From: Candidatus Aenigmatarchaeota archaeon
GTDB lineage: Archaea > Aenigmatarchaeota > Aenigmatarchaeia > CG10238-14 > SCSR01
DNA: 64,000 nucleotides
Direction: 5' to 3'
Assembly (NCBI GenBank): GCA_018304615.1
Contig: JAGVVV010000008.1
Location: 25,741-89,740, forward strand
In this document: in pieces, positions 26,772 through 36,226 of the stretch
Numbering within the stretch: the stretch's first letter is position 1
How the letters are laid out: each line of letters starts with the position of its first letter
Program-made: the position numbers and the translations under genes
Notes under the pieces: model-generated
The model's database searches: none
Seen by the model: the letters and a program-made list of their open reading frames with translations, nothing else
What the model was told of the DNA's origin: nothing

Positions 26772-26960
26772 TCATCCCACGTACAAGGCATACTTTCCAG
26801 CCTCGTTCACCTTCAAAACTTTTGCTATCTCACTGTTAGGATCGAGAATCAGGACCATCCCCTTCCAGCTTGTGGAAAGGTTTGTGGATTTACAAAAAGG
26901 ACAAACTTTCTCATTTGTAAACCTCTTACAGTTTCTGCAGACTTGCATCTTTCTTGCCAT
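26772..26960 (-). CDS. spt4: transcription elongation factor Spt4 / RNAP subunit E''
   Basis: CRNC..CPFC zinc ribbon, 62 aa. Confidence 0.75.
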   Translation of the reverse strand: MARKMQVCRNCKRFTNEKVCPFCKSTNLSTSWKGMVLILDPNSEIAKVLKVNEAGKYALYVG

Positions 26961-27515
26961 CTATTTTCCCTTCTTTGCCTTCCTCTTCTCATCCTCAATC
27001 CATGACAAGACTCCAAGGCCGCTCTGCCTCATCGTCAACCCTATCTTGTTTTCTTCTTTTCCAAAACTGACTGCGATTATTCTTGCTCGGACCAGGTCTT
27101 TCTCTTTCAGGGTTCTTTTTGATTCTTTGCCGAGGAAAACTGAATTCTTATTGTCATAGCTCACATAATCGTCCATCAGCTGCGAGATATGAATCAATCC
27201 ATCCATAGGACCGATTCTGACAAAAGAACCAAACTCTGTGTTGTCAATCACTTCTCCGGAGGCAAGTTCCTGAAGCTCCGGCTTGTATGCTAGTATGTTG
27301 AAATTCGTGTTATAGAAAACTCCTGGATCCCCGGCTGTAATTTTCCCTTCACCAACTGAATTTATTTCAGTTACTGATAGAATCACTCCTATTCTTGGGT
27401 CTAGCAAGCCCTCCATCTGCTCGGCTATGCTCTCCTTTACTGCTTTTCCTACTTCCATGTTCAATTTTGTCGGAGGAACGCGGATCTTGTCCTCAAGAGT
27501 TACTATGCGATACAT
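26961..27515 (-). CDS. rpoE: DNA-directed RNA polymerase subunit E' (Rpb7 homolog, S1 domain)
   Basis: 184 aa. Confidence 0.8.
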   Translation of the reverse strand: MYRIVTLEDKIRVPPTKLNMEVGKAVKESIAEQMEGLLDPRIGVILSVTEINSVGEGKITAGDPGVFYNTNFNILAYKPELQELASGEVIDNTEFGSFVRIGPMDGLIHISQLMDDYVSYDNKNSVFLGKESKRTLKEKDLVRARIIAVSFGKEENKIGLTMRQSGLGVLSWIEDEKRKAKKGK

Positions 27516-27554
27516 CTAAAATCACAAATATAATTCTACCTGTATGCTTTTAAA

Positions 27555-29597
27555 TTAATGAACTAATGAATACATCACAAAAAGAGTTCCGAATGTGAGT
27601 GAGATGGTTCCTAAAAGTTTGATCAAAACATGTAAACTTGGTCCTGCAGTGTCTTTTTGAGGGTCTCCAAATGTGTCACCAACAACTGCTGCCTTGTGAG
27701 CTTCAGATCCTTTTCCTCCTAAGAATCCTGCTTCTATATACTTCTTGGCATTATCCCATGCGGCCCCTCCTGTGTTCATCAACATTGCGAGAATGAACCC
27801 TGTAAAAGTGGCACCCATTAAGAAAGCTCCAACAGTGTCAGCGCCTAGAGTAAATCCTATGACAATCGGAATTATCACAGGCATCAGACCTGGAATTATC
27901 ATCTCCTTCTGTGCTGCAATAGTGCTGATGTCGACTGCACGAGAATAGTCTGGCTTTGCTTTTCCCTGCATGAGCCCTTTGATAGTCCTGAACTGCCTTC
28001 TGACTTCCTCGACCATCTTGAACGCGGCCTTACCGACTGCTCGGATTGCGAATGAAGCGAAAAGGAATGGGACCATGGAGCCTAAGAATAAACCGACTAT
28101 GATTTTTGGTGTGGAAATGTCCAGGGATTTTACCCCAGTGATTTCAATATACGCCTGGAAAAGTAGGAGCGCAGCAAGCCCTGCAGAACCCATCGCATAT
28201 CCTTTTGTCAATGCTTTTGTTGTATTTCCAACTGAATCAAGAGGATCTAATCTTTTTCTCAAAGATTTGTCTGCACCGCTCATCTCTGCGATTCCAGAAG
28301 CATTGTCTGCAATCGGACCGAAACCATCTAAACCCAGTACCATTCCTGCCACTGCGAGCATTCCCATAGTTGCGACAGCAGTTCCGTAGACTCCCCCAAG
28401 ATGGGAGCTCACACCAGTATCAGCAGCGAACAGACCGCCGAAATAAAATGAAGCAAGAATAGCACCTGCGATAATCACAACTGGAAGAGCTGTAGTTTCT
28501 AAACTGACTGCATAACCTGTAATGATGTTTGTTGCCACACCGGTTTTTGAAGCGTTTGCAATATCTTGAACAGGTCTGTATTTAGTTCCTGTGTAGTATT
28601 CAGTTACAAGAAGAATCAACATGCTCGCAATCACTCCGACTAATGCCGAGTAATAAAGGTTGATGTTATGCAAGGTGAAGTTCACGAGGAAATAGAAAGC
28701 CACGATGAGAAAAACTGTTGTTGCTATCACTCCGTTTCTCAGAGGTTTGAATGCGTTCTGTCCTTCTTTTCCTCTGACGAAAAAGAAACCGAAGAGGGTG
28801 GCGAAAATTCCAAGAGCTCTCGCAAGTAATGGGAAAATCACGAATAGAGCGTTTCCAGTTACAAGCGCGACAAGGGAACCAAGTAACATAGCAGCAATAT
28901 TCTCTCCGGCAGTTGATTCGAATAAATCAGCACCACGACCTGCACAGTCACCCACATTATCTCCGACATTATCAGCAATCACTGCAGCATTTCTTGGATC
29001 GTCTTCTGGAATTCCGGCTTCTATTTTTCCAACAAGATCAGCTCCGACATCAGCCGCCTTTGTGAATATTCCTCCGCCAAGCTGAGCGAACAAGGCTGCG
29101 AGGGAAGCTCCGAAACCAAACCCGATTATCAACTCAGGTTTGCCGTAAAAATAATAGAGTGTCGTAATTCCGAGAAGGCTGAGCGCGACATTGAAGAGAC
29201 CCATTACCATTCCACCGTAAAATGCAATCTTCAATGGTTGCCTGGAATTCTTCCTTGCAGCAAAAGTAGCTCGGACATTTGCTCTTGTTGCCACATCCAT
29301 GGAAACGAAACCTGCGATGAGTGAAGAAGCAGCACCGAAGATAAATGCAAATGAAGTCAGAGGCATCTTGGAGGATGTGTTGAAATCGAAAGCGAAATAA
29401 AGAAGAACTGCGACTATGGCTGCAATTATTGAAATTGATTTGTACTGCCTCTTCAGATAAGCTTTCGAGCCTTGTCTGATTGCATCATGGATCTCAATCA
29501 TCTTCGGCGTCCCGCGGGGCTGTTTGTTTATGTAGAAAGCTAGTCCGAGAGCGAATGCTAAAGACACGACACCAGCTGCTAATGGAAATTCTAACAT
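27555..29597 (-). CDS. hppA: membrane-bound H+/Na+-translocating pyrophosphatase
   Basis: 680 aa; GDNVGDCAGRGADLFES motif; many TM helices. Confidence 0.9.
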   Translation of the reverse strand: MLEFPLAAGVVSLAFALGLAFYINKQPRGTPKMIEIHDAIRQGSKAYLKRQYKSISIIAAIVAVLLYFAFDFNTSSKMPLTSFAFIFGAASSLIAGFVSMDVATRANVRATFAARKNSRQPLKIAFYGGMVMGLFNVALSLLGITTLYYFYGKPELIIGFGFGASLAALFAQLGGGIFTKAADVGADLVGKIEAGIPEDDPRNAAVIADNVGDNVGDCAGRGADLFESTAGENIAAMLLGSLVALVTGNALFVIFPLLARALGIFATLFGFFFVRGKEGQNAFKPLRNGVIATTVFLIVAFYFLVNFTLHNINLYYSALVGVIASMLILLVTEYYTGTKYRPVQDIANASKTGVATNIITGYAVSLETTALPVVIIAGAILASFYFGGLFAADTGVSSHLGGVYGTAVATMGMLAVAGMVLGLDGFGPIADNASGIAEMSGADKSLRKRLDPLDSVGNTTKALTKGYAMGSAGLAALLLFQAYIEITGVKSLDISTPKIIVGLFLGSMVPFLFASFAIRAVGKAAFKMVEEVRRQFRTIKGLMQGKAKPDYSRAVDISTIAAQKEMIIPGLMPVIIPIVIGFTLGADTVGAFLMGATFTGFILAMLMNTGGAAWDNAKKYIEAGFLGGKGSEAHKAAVVGDTFGDPQKDTAGPSLHVLIKLLGTISLTFGTLFVMYSLVH

Positions 29598-29607
29598 CGT
29601 TTTTCCC

Positions 29608-29982
29608 CTAACCGATAGCTAAATGTTTCTTCGCCCTCAAATAAATAGTTTTGATTCCCTTGCTTTTTAATCTTTTTCTCAATTCCATGTCGTTTGTCGC
29701 GACGAGAGTGCCTTTGTCTGCGATGGAATGGATGACATCGTCAACATTTCCCTTTGGAGATTTCATCACATGAAAGTTGTCTGAATTAATAAATTTCAGA
29801 GACAGTTTGGCTTCGTTGCTAGATTTCTTAGTTCCTTTTGCCAAATTCTTCAGCTCTTTTTCGACAGAATCGAGAATTATGTTTTCATAAGGTTCGTCGA
29901 GAATTAGTTCTAGTTCTGCGAACAAGTCTAACTTGAACTTGATGATACTCATGATGAAATTAGTATCGTATATGATTTCCAT
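29608..29982 (-). CDS. PIN-domain ribonuclease (Fcf1/Utp24-like)
   Basis: MEIIYDTNFIM..VATNDMELRKRL.. Confidence 0.6.
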   Translation of the reverse strand: MEIIYDTNFIMSIIKFKLDLFAELELILDEPYENIILDSVEKELKNLAKGTKKSSNEAKLSLKFINSDNFHVMKSPKGNVDDVIHSIADKGTLVATNDMELRKRLKSKGIKTIYLRAKKHLAIG

Positions 29983-30035
29983 GGGAACACCTACAAAACA
30001 TTTATATAGCCTTTACTAAATGTATATAGGAAATC

Positions 30036-30443
30036 ATGAAAGGAATTTCTGCTGTCATTGCGACTATAATGATGCTTGTTATTACGATTGCCTTGGCAGG
30101 TGTTGCTTATCTTTACATCAGTGGGATTTTCACCCAGCAGACTGGAAGGATTGTTGCTCTGGAAGAGTCCGCAACATTCTGCAACACGACTGGAATATTC
30201 TTGTACGTGAAGAATACAGGTACACAATCATTCTCAAAGTCTAATTTGAACATAGGATTGCAAGGGTCCACATTACGTGATTGTAATTCTACTGCAGCAG
30301 GTGACACGGCAGTTCCTCCTGGTGGTGCATCGGTATTGTGCGAGAATTCGATTACAGGGACCTCTCAAGGATTCAACACAATCATTGTTTCTGGTAAAGG
30401 GCTTGGTCCAACGAACACAATCAGGACTCCAATAAGTTGCTAG
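30036..30443 (+). CDS. archaeal type IV pilin-like protein (class III signal peptide)
   Basis: MKGISAVIATIMMLVITIALAGVAYLY; Cys pairs in C-terminal half. Confidence 0.6.
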   Translation: MKGISAVIATIMMLVITIALAGVAYLYISGIFTQQTGRIVALEESATFCNTTGIFLYVKNTGTQSFSKSNLNIGLQGSTLRDCNSTAAGDTAVPPGGASVLCENSITGTSQGFNTIIVSGKGLGPTNTIRTPISC

Positions 30444-31627
30444 AGAATTGTCCCATATCCTATAAGACGCCATCTTCCTGCAATCAACTTAGAAATAGCG
30501 ACCCTATCGTTTTTCTCGATTATGACAGGTATTTTTAGATTCATCTCTGTCTTGTCCTTCTTCATCGAAGAGACTTTGCCTATTGACCTTGCCGTTCCGA
30601 CGTTTACCATCAGCTCGTCATTAACCTTGACAGAAACGGGTTCGTTCAATCCTACAGATCTTTGGATGATTTTTATTTGGAGATTCAGTGAAAAGGTTGG
30701 CGGCGGCAATTTTCCGACGAGCCCTGCTATGTTTCCTACAAGTGCATCAGATTTTGTCAGAGAAGGGTCGAGTGATGTCATCACTCCGAGCAGACCTCCA
30801 GGTCCGGCAATGTCCATGTTCCTGTTTGCCTTCTGAAGTCCGACTACCTCTGCTTTCAGGCTCACATATTTGTTGCCGTTGCGGATGCCTGGGCTCAACT
30901 CTATCTCGTCTCCTACTTTCAGATTCCCAGACACAAGAGCTCCTCCGACTATTCCTCCGACCAAATCCTTTGGTTTATTTCCTGGTTTGTTTATGTCGAA
31001 ACTTCTGACCACAAGCATCTTTGGATCTTTCTGAGAATCTCTTTCAGGGGTCGGGATGGTTTCTTCTATACTTTCGATAAGAGAGTCTATGTTAACCTTC
31101 TGCTGGGCTGAAACAGGAATTATCGGAGAATTTTCTAGGGAACCCCCTTTGATAAAATTTTTTATTTCATTGTAGTTTTCCATAGCCCTTTCAGGAGTGA
31201 CCAAATCTATTTTGTTCTGGACTATTATCACATTTTTTATTCCCACGACTTCCAGAGCTGTCAGGTGTTCGCGGGTTTGTGGTTGAGGGCATTTCTCGTT
31301 TGCTGCAACCAAAAGCAGGGCTCCGTCCATAAGGCTGGCGCCTGTCAAGACCGTGGCCATCAATGTCTCGTGACCTGGTGCGTCAATAAAACTGACAGTT
31401 CTCAGAATCTCTGCATCGCTAAAACAGATTGGACATTTCTCAGAGGTTATGTAGTGCCCGTTCTTGCACTTGTAGAATGTAGCGTCTGCATATCCCAACC
31501 TTATCGTAATTCCTCTCTTCAGTTCTTCAGAATGAGTGAGTGTGAGTTTTCCAGTTAAGGCTTCTGTCAGAGTTGTTTTTCCGTGCGCGACATGTCCTAC
31601 CATCCCAATGTTGATTTCTGGAATCAT
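30440..31627 (-). CDS. eif2g: translation initiation factor 2 gamma subunit
   Basis: GHVAHGKTTL G-domain plus zinc knuckle CKNGHYITSEKCPIC. Confidence 0.9.
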   Translation of the reverse strand: MIPEINIGMVGHVAHGKTTLTEALTGKLTLTHSEELKRGITIRLGYADATFYKCKNGHYITSEKCPICFSDAEILRTVSFIDAPGHETLMATVLTGASLMDGALLLVAANEKCPQPQTREHLTALEVVGIKNVIIVQNKIDLVTPERAMENYNEIKNFIKGGSLENSPIIPVSAQQKVNIDSLIESIEETIPTPERDSQKDPKMLVVRSFDINKPGNKPKDLVGGIVGGALVSGNLKVGDEIELSPGIRNGNKYVSLKAEVVGLQKANRNMDIAGPGGLLGVMTSLDPSLTKSDALVGNIAGLVGKLPPPTFSLNLQIKIIQRSVGLNEPVSVKVNDELMVNVGTARSIGKVSSMKKDKTEMNLKIPVIIEKNDRVAISKLIAGRWRLIGYGTIL

Positions 31628-31643
31628 TTTTGGAGAGAGTTCT

Positions 31644-32135
31644 TTATCCTTCTTTACCTTCCTCCCCTCCGCCTGCTTTTTCTTGCTTCACTTCTTGTTT
31701 CGGTTCTTCCTTTTTGACTTCAGGCTGTGGTTCGGCCTTCGCTTCTGCTTTGGATTTGGTTGGCGCTACTTCATCTAAGGATTTAGTTCCCATTTTCACG
31801 ACTTTCACATTCACCTGTGCGATAGAATCAGAAAGTGTGTCTCCCCTGACCATTTTCCTTTTTCTTTGGCCTTTCATGGCTGGATGGAATCCGGGTGGTG
31901 ATGACAATAAGACTTTCTTCCTGACAGGTCCTCTTACCTGAGGATGCATTGGGAAGCCGTCCCTGTCAGTTCCGCCTGTAATCTTGAAGGTATAACCAGA
32001 CAAACCGGCAAAGTCACCGTCGATCTCGTCGCCGATTTTTTTTCCTATCAATGAGTATGTCTTTGATTGATCTAATTCTACCTGATGGGTTTTCCTTGTT
32101 GATGGGTTGGAAATAACCAATTTCATTGAAGCCAT
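31644..32135 (-). CDS. rps6e: 30S ribosomal protein S6e (eS6)
   Basis: Start at MASMKLVISNP (ATG 32133-32135 on minus). Confidence 0.8.
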   Translation of the reverse strand: MASMKLVISNPSTRKTHQVELDQSKTYSLIGKKIGDEIDGDFAGLSGYTFKITGGTDRDGFPMHPQVRGPVRKKVLLSSPPGFHPAMKGQRKRKMVRGDTLSDSIAQVNVKVVKMGTKSLDEVAPTKSKAEAKAEPQPEVKKEEPKQEVKQEKAGGGEEGKEG

Positions 32136-32282
32136 TGATTCACCTGAATTCTTAATATGCATAGTTATTCTTAAATTTGTTGTTTGACTGCTGTCGGAGA
32201 AAATTCAGACTCAAATCTATGAAATACCACTGGGTTGAGTGGTAAAATAAGGTTTTATCTGCACGTAGAGAAGGATTAATTA

Positions 32283-33083
32283 ATGGAAAAGAAGGAAGTG
32301 CTGGAAATATTGAAGAATTTTGGATTGAGCGAGTATGAGGCTAAGACGTATTCTAGTCTTCTTGTAGCAGGACCATCGAAAGCGGGCGACTTGAGTTTTG
32401 AATCTGGAGTGCCGCAGTCGAAAATTTACGAGACTTTGGAGATGTTGATGGAAAGGCGGATGATAGAAGTTTTCGAAGGCAGACCGAAAGAGTATAAAGC
32501 ACTGCCACCTGATCAAACATTGAGAAATCTGATAGAAGAAAAGGAGGTCGGGATTCAGAAATTGAAGGAAGATAGCATCAATTTGACGAAAGTTCTGAAA
32601 CAAAATAAAGAGGAGAAGGAAATTTTGGAAGGAGTATGGATGGTCAAAGGCAGGAAGTTCAATGAATTCTTTGATATCCTTTCAGACATGTTCGGCAGAA
32701 CTGAGAAATATGCAATCGCGATAACAAAAAATTTTTCATATTCATCTAGATTGAGGGAAGCGATAAAAAGTTGCAAGAGGAGAAAAATTGATTTGAAAAT
32801 TATAGGGATGGGAGAGATAACTTCAGAAAATTACCTGAGAGCGAAATGGTATCATGTGAATGGAATCCCTGTTAGGGTGTTCGACACGATTGTTCACCCA
32901 AGAATTCTTGTGATAGACGGAAAAGAAGTGAACATAAGATTGGATCATGATCATACGAAGAAAAAATTTGCATTTCATTCTATTTCTTCGCAAGATCCTT
33001 CACTTGTCAAAGTCATAGACACGTACATGAAGAATCTTTGGCAGAATTCTGTTCCTGTTGATTTCAAGAAAGTTCCTTCGTAA
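32283..33083 (+). CDS. trmB: TrmB-family transcriptional regulator
   Basis: N-terminal wHTH LSEYEAKTYSSLLVAGPSKAGDLSFESGVPQSKIYETL. Confidence 0.7.
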   Translation: MEKKEVLEILKNFGLSEYEAKTYSSLLVAGPSKAGDLSFESGVPQSKIYETLEMLMERRMIEVFEGRPKEYKALPPDQTLRNLIEEKEVGIQKLKEDSINLTKVLKQNKEEKEILEGVWMVKGRKFNEFFDILSDMFGRTEKYAIAITKNFSYSSRLREAIKSCKRRKIDLKIIGMGEITSENYLRAKWYHVNGIPVRVFDTIVHPRILVIDGKEVNIRLDHDHTKKKFAFHSISSQDPSLVKVIDTYMKNLWQNSVPVDFKKVPS

Positions 33084-33088
33084 GAGAA

Positions 33089-33180
33089 TAGCGGGGCTCG
33101 GATTTGAACCGAGGACCTTCGGGTTTCTTAGATATATTTCATATGAGCCCGACGAGCACTCCAGGCTGCTCCACCCCGCT
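33089..33180 (-). tRNA. initiator tRNA-Met (CAT) with 17-nt canonical intron at 37/38
   Basis: A1:U72 acceptor pair, three G:C pairs closing anticodon stem (TCGGG/CCCGA), loop CTCATA|intron TGAAATATATCTAAGAA|A, T-arm CTCGG-TTCAAAT-CCGAG. Confidence 0.75.
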
Positions 33181-33234
33181 TTGAAACTATTATAATTTCT
33201 TCCTTAGAAACTTAAACTTAAGAATTTGAAAAAT

Positions 33235-33257
33235 ACCACTAATGGTGGTGGTTTTTT
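33235..33257 (+). terminator. hairpin ACCAC-TAATG-GTGGT followed by GG-T6
   Basis: Seen in sequence; strand/target gene unclear. Confidence 0.25.
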
Positions 33258-33396
33258 CATTCAATACCACGATATCCAGTTCTAAATTTTAATCAAATGC
33301 CTTTTCACATCTAGTTCCTATGAGCAAAAAAAGGACAGAGAAGATCTGGACCAAAATAATTTTTCTTTTCAGGAAGCTCATAGAGGAGGTTGAAAA

Positions 33397-33705
33397 TTGA
33401 TGGAATATGTAAGAAGACAGGGTTTGATTGAGAGAACCGTAAGAGGAGTGGTAAAATACGTTCCGGTAGGAACGGGGGTTTCTGTAGGGATAATCGGATA
33501 TGCACTTGCATCAAGTGGAACTTTGGTTTCACAAGGATTGTATACTCTTGTGACTGGTCACACTCAAGGAAACTCAGTAATGGATATTCTTTACAACGCC
33601 CGCAACATGGGCATGCTTGTTGGAGGAGGATCAGGCGGAGTAGCGTGGGTATTGTCTTGGAAGATGAAAAACGATTTACTAGACTGGTTTTTTGGAAAAC
33701 CTTAG
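33397..33705 (+). CDS. small Gly-zipper-like hydrophobic protein (operon gene 1 of 5)
   Basis: 102 aa; GVSVGIIGYALASSG and MLVGGGSGGVAWVLSW segments; GGAGG SD upstream. Confidence 0.5.
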   Translation: MMEYVRRQGLIERTVRGVVKYVPVGTGVSVGIIGYALASSGTLVSQGLYTLVTGHTQGNSVMDILYNARNMGMLVGGGSGGVAWVLSWKMKNDLLDWFFGKP

Positions 33706-33716
33706 GGGGTGAAAAG

Positions 33717-34034
33717 ATGAGTCAAGATTTGAGATATGTTAGAGATGGCGGAGTATTGGGTGTGATTGATGAAAATAGGGGAAAACTGGGACTCCTTGTT
33801 GGTCTTCTTGGAGGAGCATATGTGGCGACTAAAGGCCCACAAGTTGTGAGAGAGTGGAAAAGGCAAGATGCGAAAAATCTGGTCGACGAACTGAGAAATC
33901 AGGGCTACACATTAGCTCCGATAACTGGGAGTCAGCCTTCAGAACCGTATGCTGCATTGACAAATGCAATGACTGCAGCAGTCAAGCAAGGGTTCAAAGA
34001 TGGGGTAGCTGAATTGAAAGGTGGGCAAAAATGA
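33717..34034 (+). CDS. small protein with Gly-rich hydrophobic segment (operon gene 2)
   Basis: 105 aa from ATG 33717 (GGGGGTG SD); GKLGLLVGLLGGAYVATKG. Confidence 0.5.
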   Translation: MSQDLRYVRDGGVLGVIDENRGKLGLLVGLLGGAYVATKGPQVVREWKRQDAKNLVDELRNQGYTLAPITGSQPSEPYAALTNAMTAAVKQGFKDGVAELKGGQK

Positions 34035-34303
34035 GTCAAGAAAAGCCAGAGGACATACTCAAGCCTATCATCTATTCTCTTTTCAAGGCTTGTATGTCTT
34101 TTCCAGATTATATGAATGAATACAGAACTGAAGTTACAAAAAAAGAACCGTTTAAAATTGATGATGTTCTGAAAACTGTTGGGGAGATGGCTAAACCATA
34201 CGAGCAGATGATACCAGCTTCGGCTAGACTCTTTCTGAAATTGGCAAGATCCGGAGGATTGAGTTATGTGATGAAGATAGCTGAAAAGTTGGCTGGTGAT
34301 TAA
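34031..34303 (+). CDS. small acidic hypothetical protein (operon gene 3)
   Basis: 90 aa; start overlaps upstream stop (ATGA). Confidence 0.5.
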   Translation: MSQEKPEDILKPIIYSLFKACMSFPDYMNEYRTEVTKKEPFKIDDVLKTVGEMAKPYEQMIPASARLFLKLARSGGLSYVMKIAEKLAGD

Positions 34304-34652
34304 AATTGACAGGGTTCTCGAATACTGGACGAGATGGAAAGGTCTGGAAGTCACTCCAACTACAGCTCCATACTTTAGGGCGAATAAGTCTGCATACGAA
34401 GAGAGATTGAAGGAATTGCAGAGGCTTTCTGATGAAGTTATTTTAGATCCAAACCTACTTTCTTGCTATAAGGATTCTTTGTCAAATCAGATTTTTGATT
34501 CGATAATAATTCTTGGGAGACCTAACAAGAACGAAGTTCAGGAAATAATCAATTACTTGACGGCCTATGGTGCTGGAGTTGCAACTGGGGTCATAGGAAA
34601 GGAAGTGGTAGACGAGGTTTTAAACGTGAACAAAAATGAGAAGCCAGAATGA
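34296..34652 (+). CDS. hypothetical protein (operon gene 4)
   Basis: 118 aa; overlaps neighbours by 8 and 17 nt. Confidence 0.5.
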   Translation: MIKIDRVLEYWTRWKGLEVTPTTAPYFRANKSAYEERLKELQRLSDEVILDPNLLSCYKDSLSNQIFDSIIILGRPNKNEVQEIINYLTAYGAGVATGVIGKEVVDEVLNVNKNEKPE

Positions 34653-35034
34653 AATTGGAGATGATTTTGAAAAGGAAGTTGCTTTGTATTACCAAGTTCA
34701 CGCTGATTATGTTGATATAAACAGAAGGATCAAGGGACGAAGTGGCGTAATTCATGAACTCGACATATATGCCGTGAAAAAAGGACTTTTTGGAATCACA
34801 GAGACAGCTGTAGAGTGCAAGTACAAGAATAATGGGGACAAAGTGACTCAAGAAGAAGTCGCGAACTTCGTAGTGAAACTTTTGGATACATGTGTAAGAA
34901 GGGGTGATTTTGTGACGAATTCTGATTTCACTAACTATGCCAGATTGCTTGGAAATTTTCACAGATTGAGGTTGGTTGAAGGAAGAAGTTGGAACATGTT
35001 ATGCCAAAGATATGGGTTGCCGCAGAAACATTAA
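34636..35034 (+). CDS. Mrr-cat-like PD-(D/E)xK restriction-endonuclease-domain protein (operon gene 5)
   Basis: 132 aa; FEKEVALYY..GRSGVIHELDIYAV..ETAVECKYKNN..VTQEEVANFV..RRGDFVTNSDFT matches Mrr catalytic domain layout. Confidence 0.55.
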   Translation: MRSQNEIGDDFEKEVALYYQVHADYVDINRRIKGRSGVIHELDIYAVKKGLFGITETAVECKYKNNGDKVTQEEVANFVVKLLDTCVRRGDFVTNSDFTNYARLLGNFHRLRLVEGRSWNMLCQRYGLPQKH

Positions 35035-35092
35035 TCAAACAGTTTCATTAGGATTGAAGAATTTAAAGAGTAAACACGAAAAAATAATAGAT

Positions 35093-36220
35093 ATGGTAGA
35101 GAAATTCATCGTCACCCCTTGGGAAGTGAGAGGACAGATAGATTATGAAAAACTTGTAAAAGAGTTCGGGACTAAACATATAAATCAGAAACTTCTAGAA
35201 AGAATAAAGAAACATACAGGAGAACTTCATCCATTTCTTAGAAGGGGAATTTTCTTTTCTCACAGAGATTTGGACTGGATTCTTAATGAATATGAAAAGG
35301 GAAATAAGTTCTTTTTGTATACTGGGAGAGCACCGTCAGGACCAGTACACATAGGGCATTTGATTCCGTGGATTTTTACTAAATGGCTTCAGGAGAAGTT
35401 TGATGTTGAGCTGTGGTTCCAGTTTCCAGACGAGGAGAAAACATTTTTCAAAGAGAATCTGACACTTGAAGATACGAAAAAGTTTACATATGAAAATGCG
35501 CTTGATGTGATTGCTCTTGGATTTGATCCGAAGAACACACACTTTTTGATTGACACAGTTAATGCTAAAACTATGTATAAGGAGGCTGTGAAGGTTGCAA
35601 AGAAGATTACATTTTCTACGACAAAGGCTGTGTTCGGATTTTCGAATGATACGAACATAGGAGCCATATTTTACACTGCCATGCAGACTGTTCCGGCGTT
35701 TCTGCCTTCAGTTATGAAAGGGAAGAACATTCCTTGTCTGATTCCATACGCCATTGATCAGGACGCCCATTTCAGGATTTCCAGGGATGTGTTGCCGAAG
35801 TTGGGATACTACAAGCCTGCTGCTATTCACTGCATATTCTTGCCTGGCCTGGGAGGAATTGTCGAACAGGGAAAGATGTCTTCTTCAGAAGAGGAGACGA
35901 CCATTTACACTACTGATGATCCTGAGACTGTCAAAAGAAAGATAGTCAAATATGCTTTCTCCGGTGGAGCTGCTACGATTGAAGAACATAGGAAGAAAGG
36001 TGGGAATCCAGACGTAGATGTCTCTTACCAGTGGCTGACTTTCTTTGAGGATGATGATAAGAAATTGAAAAAGATTCATGATGATTACATTTCGGGAAAA
36101 CTTCTAACAGGTGAATTGAAACAAATACTAATCTACAAGTTGAACTCCTTCCTAAAAGAGCATCAGAAGAAAAGAGAGAAAGCAAAAGATCATTACGATA
36201 AATTTATTTTCAAGGATTGA
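35093..36220 (+). CDS. trpS: tryptophanyl-tRNA synthetase
   Basis: HIGH = PVHIGH, KMSKS = KMSSS; start moved to ATG 35093 (upstream extension overlaps the nuclease gene). Confidence 0.85.
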   Translation: MVEKFIVTPWEVRGQIDYEKLVKEFGTKHINQKLLERIKKHTGELHPFLRRGIFFSHRDLDWILNEYEKGNKFFLYTGRAPSGPVHIGHLIPWIFTKWLQEKFDVELWFQFPDEEKTFFKENLTLEDTKKFTYENALDVIALGFDPKNTHFLIDTVNAKTMYKEAVKVAKKITFSTTKAVFGFSNDTNIGAIFYTAMQTVPAFLPSVMKGKNIPCLIPYAIDQDAHFRISRDVLPKLGYYKPAAIHCIFLPGLGGIVEQGKMSSSEEETTIYTTDDPETVKRKIVKYAFSGGAATIEEHRKKGGNPDVDVSYQWLTFFEDDDKKLKKIHDDYISGKLLTGELKQILIYKLNSFLKEHQKKREKAKDHYDKFIFKD

Positions 36221-36226
36221 TGGTAG

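Noticed and set aside
27745-29085. Antisense ORFs inside hppA (27745-27948, 27970-28389, 28705-29085), and similar ones inside other long genes
   Set aside because: They are fully embedded in well-supported genes and have no motifs or start context. They are typical antisense artefacts.
33235-33257. Hairpin plus T6 as a terminator for trmB
   Set aside because: It lies 150 nt beyond trmB, on the far side of an antisense tRNA. I kept it only as a low-confidence feature.
34976-35092. N-terminal extension of trpS, and of 59957-60829, 43102-43461 and 31644-32162 in the ORF track
   Set aside because: The extensions overlap upstream genes or lack conservation. Internal ATGs give the canonical N-termini (MVEKFIV.., MRPDISEE.., MKGISVII.., MASMKLVISNP).
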